Positions 53,497 through 63,392 of a stretch of DNA of 64,000 nt are shown here, piece by piece (the first letter of the stretch is position 1; each line of letters begins with the position of its first letter). The notes below the pieces were generated by a model. It was not told where the DNA came from, made no database searches, and saw nothing but the letters and a program-made list of their open reading frames with translations. The translations under genes were made by a program, and so were the position numbers. The DNA is from an uncultured Methanomicrobiales archaeon (GTDB lineage: Archaea; Halobacteriota; Methanomicrobia; Methanomicrobiales; Methanospirillaceae), in the NCBI GenBank assembly GCA_963697895.1, contig OY969100.1, forward strand, positions 832,001-896,000, in the 5' to 3' direction.

Positions 53497-53895
53497 ATGG
53501 ATCGGGATGCTGCGTTATCGAAACATATTCTGCTGATCGTCATTGTAGCAATGGTCGTTATCGGAATTATTACTATATTTATATTTTTAATTCAGCCTGC
53601 GCAGGAGACGAACCCTCGTTTCAATGCTACGATTGAATCATCGGGAAAGACTGTGTACCTCTATCATGACGGAGGCGATCCGGTCAGTAAAGGCACGATC
53701 GCCATCCGGATAAACGGGGAAGAAGTCCCGCAATCGGCAATCAGCTTCCTGCACTCCCAGGATTGGCCATGGTCGGTCGGAAAAACCCTCAAAGTGGATT
53801 ATTCCGGAAGTGATCTTCCCCGGGATGTACAGATTATCGTAGTGAATGGACAGTCGAGGACGGTAATCTCCCGATCACTCTCGAATAGCCGGTGA
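53497..53895 (+). CDS. Archaeal type IV pilin-like (DUF1628-like) protein, probably truncated or frameshifted
   Basis: Class III-like signal peptide, H.GGD, W.VG; coding-like fragments continue in other frames to about 54240. Confidence 0.7.
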   Translation: MDRDAALSKHILLIVIVAMVVIGIITIFIFLIQPAQETNPRFNATIESSGKTVYLYHDGGDPVSKGTIAIRINGEEVPQSAISFLHSQDWPWSVGKTLKVDYSGSDLPRDVQIIVVNGQSRTVISRSLSNSR

Positions 53896-54350
53896 CCCTG
53901 TTACCCATTCTGAGATATCGGAGGCATTCATTGGAATCGATAATTATCCCGCTATCGCTCATGTACTATATCCCAGACGAAACGTGACTACAGTTATGAC
54001 GCCGATAACGAAGGGGGTGACCGGAAATCAACAGAACCGAAACCTCCGGTCGCCAAAGGGAACCAGAGTTTCACCGCGTTCAACTTAAAACCCGATTCAT
54101 CGGGAAAATGTATCTATTCCCCGTATTTGAAAGTCTCAATTATGATGGAGGAGCAGACGGGTACATATCCCAGTAATGTCCAATTTCTCATTTTAATCAA
54201 GGATTCCTTCTTTCCGCAATTCATTGCAAGAGAAATAACGGGAGGATTTCTTGAACACGTGTTCATTTCTTACCCGATATCTCTAAAACCGGATATCGCA
54301 AACTATTTTATGAAAGGGAGCGAATACGAGCGGTTAAGGATTGAGATCTT

Positions 54351-54929
54351 ATGGAAGACATGCACGCCCCCTGGTACGGATATATCGGAATAACGGTGTT
54401 CCTCGTTATCATCATTGCATTGCTCTCCGCCTTTGCAATCATCCCCGCTCCCACTCTGCCGGGGGTCTCCGCGCTCTATATTGCGGTCGGTTTCATGATC
54501 GCGTTCACGCTCTGGTTCGGGGACTGGGGTGCAATCGCCACCTATGCCGGCGGTCTGATCGGAACGGCAATGACTTCGGGAATTCCCCTGTTCATCCTCT
54601 TTTATGTCCTCCTGGCCAACCTCTGGCAGGTCATGATCCCCCTGACGGCGTTTCGGTATTTTAATGCAGATCCCGGACTCGTTACCCGGTATGACTGGAA
54701 GATATACCTGATCTTCGGCCTGCTCCTCAATAATCTGGTCGGGGCGATATGGGGCGCAGGGACCCTGCTCCTGGGCGGGATTATCAGCACAGATCAGGTA
54801 TGGTTAACATTCTCCGTCTGGTTTGGAGGAAATCTTCTGGTCACCCTGGTGATCACGACGCTGTTGCTCCTGTTTGTCACTCCGCGGTTGAGGCATTCCC
54901 CCTATCTGGTTAAAAAGTGGTGGTGCTGA
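54351..54929 (+). CDS. Small multi-pass membrane protein (MASE1-like)
   Basis: About 5-6 TM segments; LWFG.WG, WF.GN. Confidence 0.75.
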   Translation: MEDMHAPWYGYIGITVFLVIIIALLSAFAIIPAPTLPGVSALYIAVGFMIAFTLWFGDWGAIATYAGGLIGTAMTSGIPLFILFYVLLANLWQVMIPLTAFRYFNADPGLVTRYDWKIYLIFGLLLNNLVGAIWGAGTLLLGGIISTDQVWLTFSVWFGGNLLVTLVITTLLLLFVTPRLRHSPYLVKKWWC

Positions 54930-55099
54930 AAGAAGATTTATTTAGAAAAATAGGATTTATTTTTTGGAATCAAACCCTTTCATGTTCCATCCATTTATAT
55001 TACATCGATTCAAATCATCATGGATTTGCAGTGTACTGCATCAGGAAGGCAAAAAATTGATGGTGAAGACCGGTGATATATGAGGATTTATCCCCTTTG

Positions 55100-56215
55100 T
55101 CAGCCATTCTTCCGTGCGATGAAAACGACTGCTGCCAGTGCCGCTATGGCAATGAATCCCGGGAGACCGGTGGTGGTCGGGGGAGAAGAGGGAGGGTGTG
55201 TTGGGGAAGCGGTCACTGGCACGAGAGCGAATGGGGACATAGTCACCTGGCCTGCCTGGACCTGCACGGTCGTTGTGAAATCCTGATACCCCGGAAGTTT
55301 CAGGGCGAGGGTATGCGATCCGGCGGATACGTCAGGGATGGTGATCGGTGCGATGCCCTGGAACCGGTCATCGAGGTAGACCTGCGCCCCGGCAGGGTCG
55401 GATGTGACCAGTATCGTCCCGCTTAGTGGTGGTTGCGGAAGCGGGACAAGGATCGGTGAACTGAACGTACTCTCACCTACATTCACCTGTACCGTAGTCT
55501 GATAATCCTCAAACCCGTTTAACCTGAATTCAAGGACATGGCTACCGGAAGGTACGCCAATAATGTCGATGATGCTATTCTGGACGGTGAATCCCTCGTA
55601 TGCCCCGTCCAGATAGATCGAGGCCCCGGGTGGCTGGGTGGAGACTCCGATCGTTCCCATTCCCCGGGAAGGACCCTGCACGAGCGTCGCGGAGAGGGTG
55701 GTCGTCTGCCCGGCCTGGACAGAGACCATACTCGAATACGGTTCATACCCGATGAAAAAGAGATTAACCTGATGGGTTCCCGGTGCAAGACCCCCCACGG
55801 TGACCGGTGCGTCCCCTTCGAAATTTCCGTCCACGTATACATCAGCGCCTCTCGGGCTCGAATCGACATATATGAGGCCCGGGTTGGGGATGGGGGCCAG
55901 TTCTGCGACGACTGGAATCGTGCTGCCGGAGGTCACATTGACCAATGTCACAAAGACCTGGTACCCGGGATAAGAGACTTCTATCTGGTGTGATCCGACC
56001 GGCACACCCGCGTATGTCCAGGGCGTGGTCCGGGCACCATTCCCGTCCAGGCTGACATATGCGACGGGCAGATTGGATGTCACGGTTATCGAACCGGTCA
56101 TTCCTCCCGTTTCGATGGTCGCTGTTATCGGAGACGGGACGGCAAGAGTATAACATTGAATACATAATATCGCAAATGCCAAGGCAATGGCTGTGGTCAT
56201 GCTAGAAGATCTCAT
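55100..56215 (-). CDS. Secreted protein with four PEGA domains and a PGF-CTERM sorting signal
   Basis: Repeats of S.P.GA.VY.DG...G..P......G.H......GY; C-terminus LPGFIAIAALAAVVFIARK. Confidence 0.92.
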   Translation of the reverse strand: MRSSSMTTAIALAFAILCIQCYTLAVPSPITATIETGGMTGSITVTSNLPVAYVSLDGNGARTTPWTYAGVPVGSHQIEVSYPGYQVFVTLVNVTSGSTIPVVAELAPIPNPGLIYVDSSPRGADVYVDGNFEGDAPVTVGGLAPGTHQVNLFFIGYEPYSSMVSVQAGQTTTLSATLVQGPSRGMGTIGVSTQPPGASIYLDGAYEGFTVQNSIIDIIGVPSGSHVLEFRLNGFEDYQTTVQVNVGESTFSSPILVPLPQPPLSGTILVTSDPAGAQVYLDDRFQGIAPITIPDVSAGSHTLALKLPGYQDFTTTVQVQAGQVTMSPFALVPVTASPTHPPSSPPTTTGLPGFIAIAALAAVVFIARKNG

Positions 56216-56371
56216 TCTGAAACTCACCTTCTCGAATGGTACCAATCCGTCTATAATCACTTAACCATTTCCCGCCCCGGGTTACGTAAAGGGCGCGGAT
56301 AGGAGCCCATTCGATCGACAATGGGAACGATTAACACATGAATTTTTTTTAATGAAACCGGGTACGGTTTG

Positions 56372-56851
56372 CTACTTTCGGACGATATAGCCAGCATTCA
56401 TCAGAAGACGGGCTGTCTCGTCGATCCACTTCAGCTCATCCAGCTCCCGCAGATTCGTTACCTGTGCGTTCCAGAGTTTGCGCAACCAGGTATCTTCAGT
56501 ACAGAGGTGTCTGCTCCCCATAACCCGTCCCAACTTTTTCCCACCGGCAAAGATATGAATCCGGCTGCAATAAAACTCGGAACAGACTTCCGGGCGGGTC
56601 AGGTAAATGATACAGCACGTCTTCCCGGACCCATGGTCGAACCGGAGAAACGGGCACTGCTCCAATGATCGAGGTGCTCCATCAGCTTCGAAGAGATGGA
56701 TCTTGTCGGGATCGACGGTTACCGTAGATGTTTCACCCGTATACCGGTTCGTTAGTGAAAATTCGTAGGGAGAACCCTTGCGTCGGATCTGATAAACAAG
56801 CCCCATCTGACTGCAACATTCACCGCACTGATCACACCACATGAAAGGCAA
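56372..56851 (-). CDS. YkgJ-family cysteine-cluster protein
   Basis: C.QCG.CC, CPFL, C.IY..RP..C..F.C. Confidence 0.88.
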   Translation of the reverse strand: MPFMWCDQCGECCSQMGLVYQIRRKGSPYEFSLTNRYTGETSTVTVDPDKIHLFEADGAPRSLEQCPFLRFDHGSGKTCCIIYLTRPEVCSEFYCSRIHIFAGGKKLGRVMGSRHLCTEDTWLRKLWNAQVTNLRELDELKWIDETARLLMNAGYIVRK

Positions 56852-56863
56852 GCGATAGTATCT

Positions 56864-57511
56864 TCACTTCCTCCGGATGCAGAAAACAATGACAGAAAAC
56901 AATGCAGCAATCACGACCATCCCTCCCAGTGAGGTTGTTGTCGGAGGCGGAGTGGTCGGGCTCGTGGACGGAATGGTGGTCGGAGCAGAAGTCGGAACCG
57001 AGGTCGCCGGTACAGTCGTCATCGTGGGGGTAGCCGCAACGACGCTGAAATTCGTGGAGCTGGTAACGGATACCGTTATCCCCGTGACCAGGACGACATA
57101 GTCATCCGGGATCCAGCCGGTGGTATCCACCGGGAACTGCCAGGTATTCACGCTTCCGGTGCCTTCCTTCACGATGACGACTCCGGATACGCCGGAGAAT
57201 CCACCGCCTTCCCCTTTCGGGGTCGGCCCGAACGAGGAAGATGTTATCTCCACCTGTAACTGGTCCCCGGGCGCGAGGTTCGTCGTCCCGGAGAGGATAA
57301 ACGATTGCCCGACGGTTATCGTCCCGATCGGGGCGATCATCAGCTGAGGGTCTCCAGCAGCTTCGGTGGCCGCAATGACGGGAGCGATCAGGAAACAAAG
57401 TGCCAACGCGATCGCATAGTGAGCGAGTCTTCTCTTGTTTAGACGGGTTATTCCGCCGCGATAGGGGGTATTATTTCTTAAATGTGCGTAGGTTTTGAAC
57501 ATCGTGTACAC
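56864..57511 (-). CDS. Secreted Ig-like protein with Thr-rich linker and C-terminal anchor
   Basis: Signal peptide, SGTTNL.PG..L, W...VDT....D.Y, TM+RRK tail; start uncertain. Confidence 0.8.
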   Translation of the reverse strand: MYTMFKTYAHLRNNTPYRGGITRLNKRRLAHYAIALALCFLIAPVIAATEAAGDPQLMIAPIGTITVGQSFILSGTTNLAPGDQLQVEITSSSFGPTPKGEGGGFSGVSGVVIVKEGTGSVNTWQFPVDTTGWIPDDYVVLVTGITVSVTSSTNFSVVAATPTMTTVPATSVPTSAPTTIPSTSPTTPPPTTTSLGGMVVIAALFSVIVFCIRRK

Positions 57512-57658
57512 CCCACGGAGTTGATCAGGATCTTACCTCAACGTTTGTTGGATGATTGAGACAATGGTATATGAGGTTGTCTATTAAAATATTCTCAAAA
57601 ACCAGGAGATCACCGTGGGAGACTTTTTCGGTAATGTTTCACCCGGGGTCGTGTTCGG

Positions 57659-58471
57659 TTATTGTTCGATTAATTGAGATCGATCCCTATAATAGTTGAA
57701 AAGACCCTCCCCCCATTCTATCGCTTTTTTCTCTCCTGAGAAAAGATCTGAGGAACTATCGTACAATTTCCCATCGATCTTGAAGAGTCCCAGGGAGAGA
57801 TATTTATCGGTAACGGTGAGGCCTACTTTCAAAGGTCCCTTCGTTACCCATATCTTGAAGTTAGGGTAAGGAGCAACGATCTTCGAAAATTCCCTGTACG
57901 GCTCCTGGTTCAGGTAGGGAATCACATCCTCACTCACCACCAACTCGACAGGTGTTCCGGCAATAATCCTTTCAGTAAGTACTTCTACCAGCCCCGGGCT
58001 CATCACTGATGAAATGCCGTGAATATATGCAGCTTCTTTGACGATCTTCAGATAATGCGAAAAAACGAGGTGGATATCCACTTGGGTATCCAGTTTTATT
58101 TCAGCCTCCTGAAGGTCTCCAATACATGCAAGGAATTCCTCTGGCAGGCCGGTGAGATCATGCGAACTCCAGAACTCCCGGTGTCGTTCGATTCCCCCCA
58201 TGATCATGACAAAACCCGAAACCCTGGTCGCCACTATCTTTCCGAGTGGTGTCAGGGAGTATTCATAATTCCGGGCCTCGATCAGCATCTGCGATTCAAG
58301 ATTCCGAATCTTCGGGATGAGCGCCTGCGAAGTGCTGCCGGTCACTTCCCTCAGTTTCGATAAGGAAGTATTACCCGAGAGGAGAGAGAGGAGGATCTGA
58401 ATTTTTAGCCGCGAGCTATAGATAGAGTGAATGAATTTGTGATGCTGGTCATAGCTGTCAAGCGGCGTCAT
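57659..58471 (-). CDS. wHTH transcriptional regulator with DUF1724/FilR1-like domain
   Basis: S.L...ILL.L, L..LRE.TG, Y.LT..G, FW..HD...P, WG..LF.YY. Confidence 0.85.
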   Translation of the reverse strand: MTPLDSYDQHHKFIHSIYSSRLKIQILLSLLSGNTSLSKLREVTGSTSQALIPKIRNLESQMLIEARNYEYSLTPLGKIVATRVSGFVMIMGGIERHREFWSSHDLTGLPEEFLACIGDLQEAEIKLDTQVDIHLVFSHYLKIVKEAAYIHGISSVMSPGLVEVLTERIIAGTPVELVVSEDVIPYLNQEPYREFSKIVAPYPNFKIWVTKGPLKVGLTVTDKYLSLGLFKIDGKLYDSSSDLFSGEKKAIEWGEGLFNYYRDRSQLIEQ

Positions 58472-58602
58472 GGCTTATTCAGGCACTAACAATAATCTTG
58501 CAAATGAATGAATATATTTCATTCGGTTCTTTTTTTTAAGCCGAAAAAAAAGGTTTTCCGGAATTTTGTGAAGAGGAATAATTATTGTAAAAAGTATATG
58601 TA

Positions 58603-59544
58603 TTAGAGAATTCCACCGATTGCAGAAATGATGGCAATACCACCGCCGAAAAGGATGAACTGGCCGTCTGACATAAAATCACAAATGACATTCGTTGGTA
58701 TCAGGCGTCCCATCGACCAGATACAAAATTGGGTGTATAGGACTGCAGTAAGGAGGAGGGTTGTAACTGCTACCGGAAGAGTACGGATACCGAAGAAAAC
58801 GACCAGACACCCAAAGACAACGTTAACTCCGATGAGCAGTACTTTTGTTAATTTTACCCCTATCGTAACGGGAATAGTTCGTACGCCGGTAATGGCATCG
58901 CCTTCGCGGTCGCGAATATCGGGAAGGATAGAGGCGATGAATACATAGCTTCCAAAGAAAAGCAATGCAATACCCGTGCTGAATCCTATGGAAGCTCCGG
59001 TCATATATACAGGAAGAAGGGAAAGCGGCAAAGACCATGCAAGGGCGACAACAAGATTTTTTACCACGGGAATTTCCTTCAATCTTCGATACCCCCACTG
59101 TGCCGGCAGAAGAGGGACGCTATAGAGGATTCCACTGATCAGTGGGATAGTTATGATAATGAGGGATGGTAATCCGTAAAATGCACCAATTATCAGCGCA
59201 AATCCATATGCGGCCAGTGCCGAATAGAAAAGGGGTTTTTCAAATTTTTTTGTAAAGACAAACCGCTCCTGATGATTAATCTCATCCTCCTGCTCGTCCG
59301 TTTTTCGATTCATGTTGTAGACAGAGAATGATACAAGTGCCATTACCATCAGGATGGGAACATTCCAGTCGATTCCCTGGATGAAACACGACGTGTATAC
59401 CATTCCAGCCGCGGCAATAGCAACATAGATCGAACTGAACATGATGAAATCGAGGATCAACCGTAGTCGCCGGACAATACTATCCCTGAGATCATTCCCG
59501 TACCAGGGAAAGATAATTGACTTCTCCTCGAATGAATACGCCAT
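58603..59544 (-). CDS. UbiA-family prenyltransferase
   Basis: Y..N..TD..ED..N..R, YS.P, LK..P..KN, D.RD.EGD...G..T.P. Confidence 0.9.
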   Translation of the reverse strand: MAYSFEEKSIIFPWYGNDLRDSIVRRLRLILDFIMFSSIYVAIAAAGMVYTSCFIQGIDWNVPILMVMALVSFSVYNMNRKTDEQEDEINHQERFVFTKKFEKPLFYSALAAYGFALIIGAFYGLPSLIIITIPLISGILYSVPLLPAQWGYRRLKEIPVVKNLVVALAWSLPLSLLPVYMTGASIGFSTGIALLFFGSYVFIASILPDIRDREGDAITGVRTIPVTIGVKLTKVLLIGVNVVFGCLVVFFGIRTLPVAVTTLLLTAVLYTQFCIWSMGRLIPTNVICDFMSDGQFILFGGGIAIISAIGGIL

Positions 59545-59805
59545 GGTGAAAATAGTACCGTCAAACATTAACATTCATTATGCTGATGAAGAGTGCTCAG
59601 GCTGATGAATGTTAATCGCAGCGATGAATCTACAACGTCGTGATAAATAAATCAATACAGGGATAAGGTTAATCTCGGTGGCAAAAGGTGTTGAAAGGAA
59701 AGAATGTTTCCCACCATTTACCTGGGTTTAAGGGGAATTATACCTTCATAGCGATAAACCTTTCTCCGGACCTTTTGCCGCCAGAAGATGGGTGGGGAAT
59801 GACAA

Positions 59806-60243
59806 ATGGAGTATGAGCGGGCATCACGCGTCGGCGAACTGTTTCTGGAGTTGCTCCTCGCAACGCAGGTATTGGCGCCAGGAGAGGCGGAATCAGAAGA
59901 AGTCTTCATGATGAACAAACATCTGCTGAAACAATACGGTATTGTGGTGAATGACCTCTCGACCACGATCCTTGAGTGCAGCAAGATTGGATCGAACATC
60001 ATTCTCATCGGGAAATTCTCCTTTGATATCGAAAAAATGCTGGATGGGCGACTGGAGCGGATGAAATCAGAGGGCATTATTACCGGAAAGATCAATGATA
60101 TCGGCGAAGTTTATATAAAATTTATGGGAAACCACTTTAAATTTGATATAAAAATCGCCAGTATCAAAGAGATCCCGGGGGCGATCCCGATCTACAATGC
60201 CAAAATGGAGAGAAATATCTCCGGGATCGGCGAGGTGTTTTGA
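59806..60243 (+). CDS. Hypothetical protein
   Basis: 145-aa ATG ORF in a gap; no recognised motif. Confidence 0.65.
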   Translation: MEYERASRVGELFLELLLATQVLAPGEAESEEVFMMNKHLLKQYGIVVNDLSTTILECSKIGSNIILIGKFSFDIEKMLDGRLERMKSEGIITGKINDIGEVYIKFMGNHFKFDIKIASIKEIPGAIPIYNAKMERNISGIGEVF

Positions 60244-60570
60244 AAGTCACGTCAGGTCAGGTACGAAGATAACTCTGTTCTTCTTTCAGTTATCAGCATT
60301 GTGGTCCCGCACCATGATGCGCCCCATAACATCTTCTTTTCTCAAAAGGGGGTCCTGATTACAAACCAGAAGTTTTTCCGGATTCATTTGTTCAGCATGT
60401 AATCTCCAGCTCATCTGAATGTCCTTGAGGAAATAGTTATAGGCGCCCGGATACCATTTCTGTCATACGCGGGTCTGAGGAAAACCGATCGGGTTCTTTT
60501 TTGCAGTATGGTTCGCCCGCTGCAATTATCGATCAGCCCTGACCCGTTAACGCAGGAGGAGAAACAAGTG

Positions 60571-61467
60571 ATGCACCGGAGGATTATGCTGGCAGGGATC
60601 CTGATCTGTATGTGTTTTATCATCCCGATCCAGGCCGAATTATCCGAGAAAATAAGCATATACCAGACGGACTTTTCCACGAATCCCAATTGGACGACGA
60701 ATAATCCTACCCGTTACTACTGGAACAGCACGAACGAAATGTATCATTATTTTGTCGAGGGAGGTACGGGGGGATACACAAATGTTCCGGTACCGCATGA
60801 TGAAAACTTCTCTTTGCTCGTCCTCGAATATGACATCATCCCCATCAGAACCGACATCGATAGTGCATTCCGGCTCGATCTCACCGGGACCGACATGAAT
60901 ATCAACAAAGGGCCATCGATAATTTCTGAGTTCTCGAACAAAAGGGATCTCCATACAATGTGGCTTCGTGTAATCACGCAGAACAGCAATTTAAAGGAGG
61001 TTGGAAGCCTTACATCGGCATATCCGGGAGAGACGAAGACATTTGAGGATAATACGACCTACCATGTAACCGTCCGATATAACAAGGATTCCGGTTCTGC
61101 AGATATAAAGATAGAGAGTAACAATACTCCTGTATGGGGGTATTTCCTTAGTACCGATCAGGAACTGCTCTTCCTGGATGTGCTCGCGATCACTTCCGTC
61201 GGTGATTACGGCAACATCGGCCATTCCGCGGAGGGATATATAGATAACGTGGATCTCTATATGTATCAGCAGGTAGAACCGACACCGGCAGAAACCACGA
61301 TTTCATCGACACCAATCCCTTCTCTGACAATAGTCACAACGAGTGTTCCCCAGACGGCGATCCCAACCACTACCCAGGCAGCCTCCGGTCTCTGGATTCC
61401 GGTTACGGCAGGGTTGATCATCGGTCTGCTCTCGGTATTATGGAGAACCGGTGGAAAGAACCATTAA
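60571..61467 (+). CDS. Secreted beta-sandwich protein with Thr-rich linker and C-terminal membrane anchor
   Basis: Signal peptide MHRRIML.., DFS..P.W..NN, G.IDN, TTTQAASG+TM. Confidence 0.8.
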   Translation: MHRRIMLAGILICMCFIIPIQAELSEKISIYQTDFSTNPNWTTNNPTRYYWNSTNEMYHYFVEGGTGGYTNVPVPHDENFSLLVLEYDIIPIRTDIDSAFRLDLTGTDMNINKGPSIISEFSNKRDLHTMWLRVITQNSNLKEVGSLTSAYPGETKTFEDNTTYHVTVRYNKDSGSADIKIESNNTPVWGYFLSTDQELLFLDVLAITSVGDYGNIGHSAEGYIDNVDLYMYQQVEPTPAETTISSTPIPSLTIVTTSVPQTAIPTTTQAASGLWIPVTAGLIIGLLSVLWRTGGKNH

Positions 61468-61614
61468 CCGATTCGGTATCACAATGGCTTTGTCGGGGGA
61501 TAACTGGATTTTTCGGGGAAATAGCGGGAAGAGGATCCTGAACCGCTCTGACGATCGGGTTATTCCGTCGTCTGTCCGGCGTGAAAATTAAGAAAAATAA
61601 CACAATCTCCGAGA

Positions 61615-61699
61615 TGCGAGGGATGGGATTTGAACCCAAGAACTCCTTCGAGACAAGGCCCTCAACCTTGCGCCTTTGACCTGGCTCGGCAACCCTCGC
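61615..61699 (-). tRNA. tRNA-Leu(GAG), CCA not encoded
   Basis: GCGAGGG acceptor stem, anticodon arm CAAGG-TTGAGGG-CCTTG, long variable arm, GGTTCAAATCC T arm. Confidence 0.96.
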
Positions 61700-61863
61700 A
61701 CACGCCATATGAATGAGGATGTCTATCTAAAATAAGGTATCTCTTCTTTCCCCCACCAGATCGGGGGGTCCGGGAAGGCAGTTGCAATTTAATAGATTTC
61801 GTCCATCAGCGGGTAAAATGCATCATCGATGTCTATAAATATACATCTTCCCACTTCTCTGTC

Positions 61864-62364
61864 ATGTGGTCAGAGATCATGCGGGAGTTTAATGATTCAC
61901 CCACGCAGGCCCGGGTCGTCCGGTTTCTCCTTGATAACGGGTTCGGCGTCAATGAGGAAGGACGTATAATGTGTAACGGGATAGAAATTCCGGCCACCCA
62001 GCTCGCCCGGGCCATTGGCTCGGACCGGCGGGTTATCGATGCCACTGCACGCCATATCCTTTCATCCCCTTCACTTCGGGATATCTTCATGCAGATGCGG
62101 GTAACACCAGACCTCTCCCGGGTTGCGTTATCCCTTGGACTCTCTGTGATTACCATTCTGCCGAAAAATGCGCAGGAGAAGGGAATCGTCGGATCAGCAG
62201 TCCGTCTTCTGACCGATCATGACCTCTCCATCCGGCAGATATTTGTGACAGACCCCTATTTCAGCGAGGAGCCGAAACTCGTCATCATCGTCGACGGACC
62301 CCTTCCAGCCGGTGTCGTCGAGAGGATCCGGGCATTGTCCCAGGTAAAACAGGTTATCCTTTAG
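61864..62364 (+). CDS. ACT-domain regulator of amino acid metabolism
   Basis: P....V.R.LL..G..V, DRRV...T, GI...V......SIRQ....DP. Confidence 0.88.
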   Translation: MWSEIMREFNDSPTQARVVRFLLDNGFGVNEEGRIMCNGIEIPATQLARAIGSDRRVIDATARHILSSPSLRDIFMQMRVTPDLSRVALSLGLSVITILPKNAQEKGIVGSAVRLLTDHDLSIRQIFVTDPYFSEEPKLVIIVDGPLPAGVVERIRALSQVKQVIL

Positions 62365-62376
62365 GACATTCCCTCT

Positions 62377-62871
62377 TTACCCGGGAAACTGTTCCATCTC
62401 GATCCAGAGTCGATACATCCGGCCCCGGTTCCGGGAAGGGAGGTTTGCCGAGATCAACAGGCGCTCGTAAATAGAGATGATACGGTCTCCACGCACCAGA
62501 TTGTCGGCATTCGCCACCAGACGCTCCTCGAGTGATATGGGTATACAATCCCGCGGCTTAAGGCCGAGAAGCGTGCATTCATCCGCTGTCAGGCCTGCTC
62601 CGAGATGCCGCTCCACAATACGTGCGACCGGCTCCGGGACACCCTTTGTGCGGCAGATATCTGCACCTTCCTGAGCGTGCCGCACCGAGTGCGTCCGCGA
62701 CCTCCCGATGTCATGGAGAAGGGCACCGGCAATGACACATGCCCGGTCTACATAATCAATACCTGCTGCATACGAGTTTGCAACCCGGCAGACCGTCTCG
62801 CTGTGCCGGAGAACCTCGTCGCTGCACCCTGCCTCCACTAGCAGCGCACGGGCTTCCCGGGCAGTGATCAT
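62377..62871 (-). CDS. HD-domain metal-dependent phosphohydrolase
   Basis: H...V, LLHDIGR, H...G, ERH.GAG, ADN. Confidence 0.9.
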   Translation of the reverse strand: MITAREARALLVEAGCSDEVLRHSETVCRVANSYAAGIDYVDRACVIAGALLHDIGRSRTHSVRHAQEGADICRTKGVPEPVARIVERHLGAGLTADECTLLGLKPRDCIPISLEERLVANADNLVRGDRIISIYERLLISANLPSRNRGRMYRLWIEMEQFPG

Positions 62872-63392
62872 GCCAAGCCGAGAGAGTCCCGGATCCCGTG
62901 GATTCGCCGCTTCAGTGCCTTCAGGAGAATTTCATTATCAAAATGCTCCATCTGCTCATCACATTGTGGGCATGCAAACCCGCGGTCCACCGCCTGGTTG
63001 AACGTGAATATAATCCCGCATTTCTTGCAGATGTAAAAATCATTCTCTTCTTCAAATTTCTCACGAACTTCCAGTTTCTCCAGTATCTGCACCAGATCCT
63101 CCTTGATCACATCATAGATCTGATCCATGCGGAGTCTCCAGAGATATGTGAGCCATCCGGTCTCGTTATTCTTTATCCTGCGGTATTCCGCCAGTCTCTT
63201 CTCATAGAGAGTATACAGGGTATGCCTGACGGTGTTGAGATTTATTCCCGTCTGGGCAGCGAGGTCTTCATCGCTGAATTCTCCTTCTTCGGGGAATTTT
63301 TCAAGGAGCGAGATCCCATCTTCTCCGATCAGCCGGATCAGGTATGCCCGGATCGCGGGGTTGGTCATCTGTTCTTCCATGGCGGCCATCAC
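62868..63392 (-). CDS. tfe: Transcription factor E
   Basis: DE.LA..TG..LN.VR..LY.L, GW..Y.W, C..C...F..A....F.CP.C. Confidence 0.95.
   Translation of the reverse strand: MMAAMEEQMTNPAIRAYLIRLIGEDGISLLEKFPEEGEFSDEDLAAQTGINLNTVRHTLYTLYEKRLAEYRRIKNNETGWLTYLWRLRMDQIYDVIKEDLVQILEKLEVREKFEEENDFYICKKCGIIFTFNQAVDRGFACPQCDEQMEHFDNEILLKALKRRIHGIRDSLGLA

Noticed and set aside
55011-55040. Short palindromes CAAATC..GATTTG and TGCAGT-GT-ACTGCA
   Set aside because: Between convergent genes and short enough to arise by chance
59582-59610. Hammerhead ribozyme or fluoride riboswitch (CTGATGA)
   Set aside because: No correctly placed GAAA core or stems, no GGCGATGG..CGCC 5' element and no fluoride exporter nearby
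53343-61699. Possible integrated element at the tRNA-Leu 3' end
   Set aside because: No integrase and no duplicated tRNA 3' end (att site) seen; genes look like ordinary lineage surface proteins
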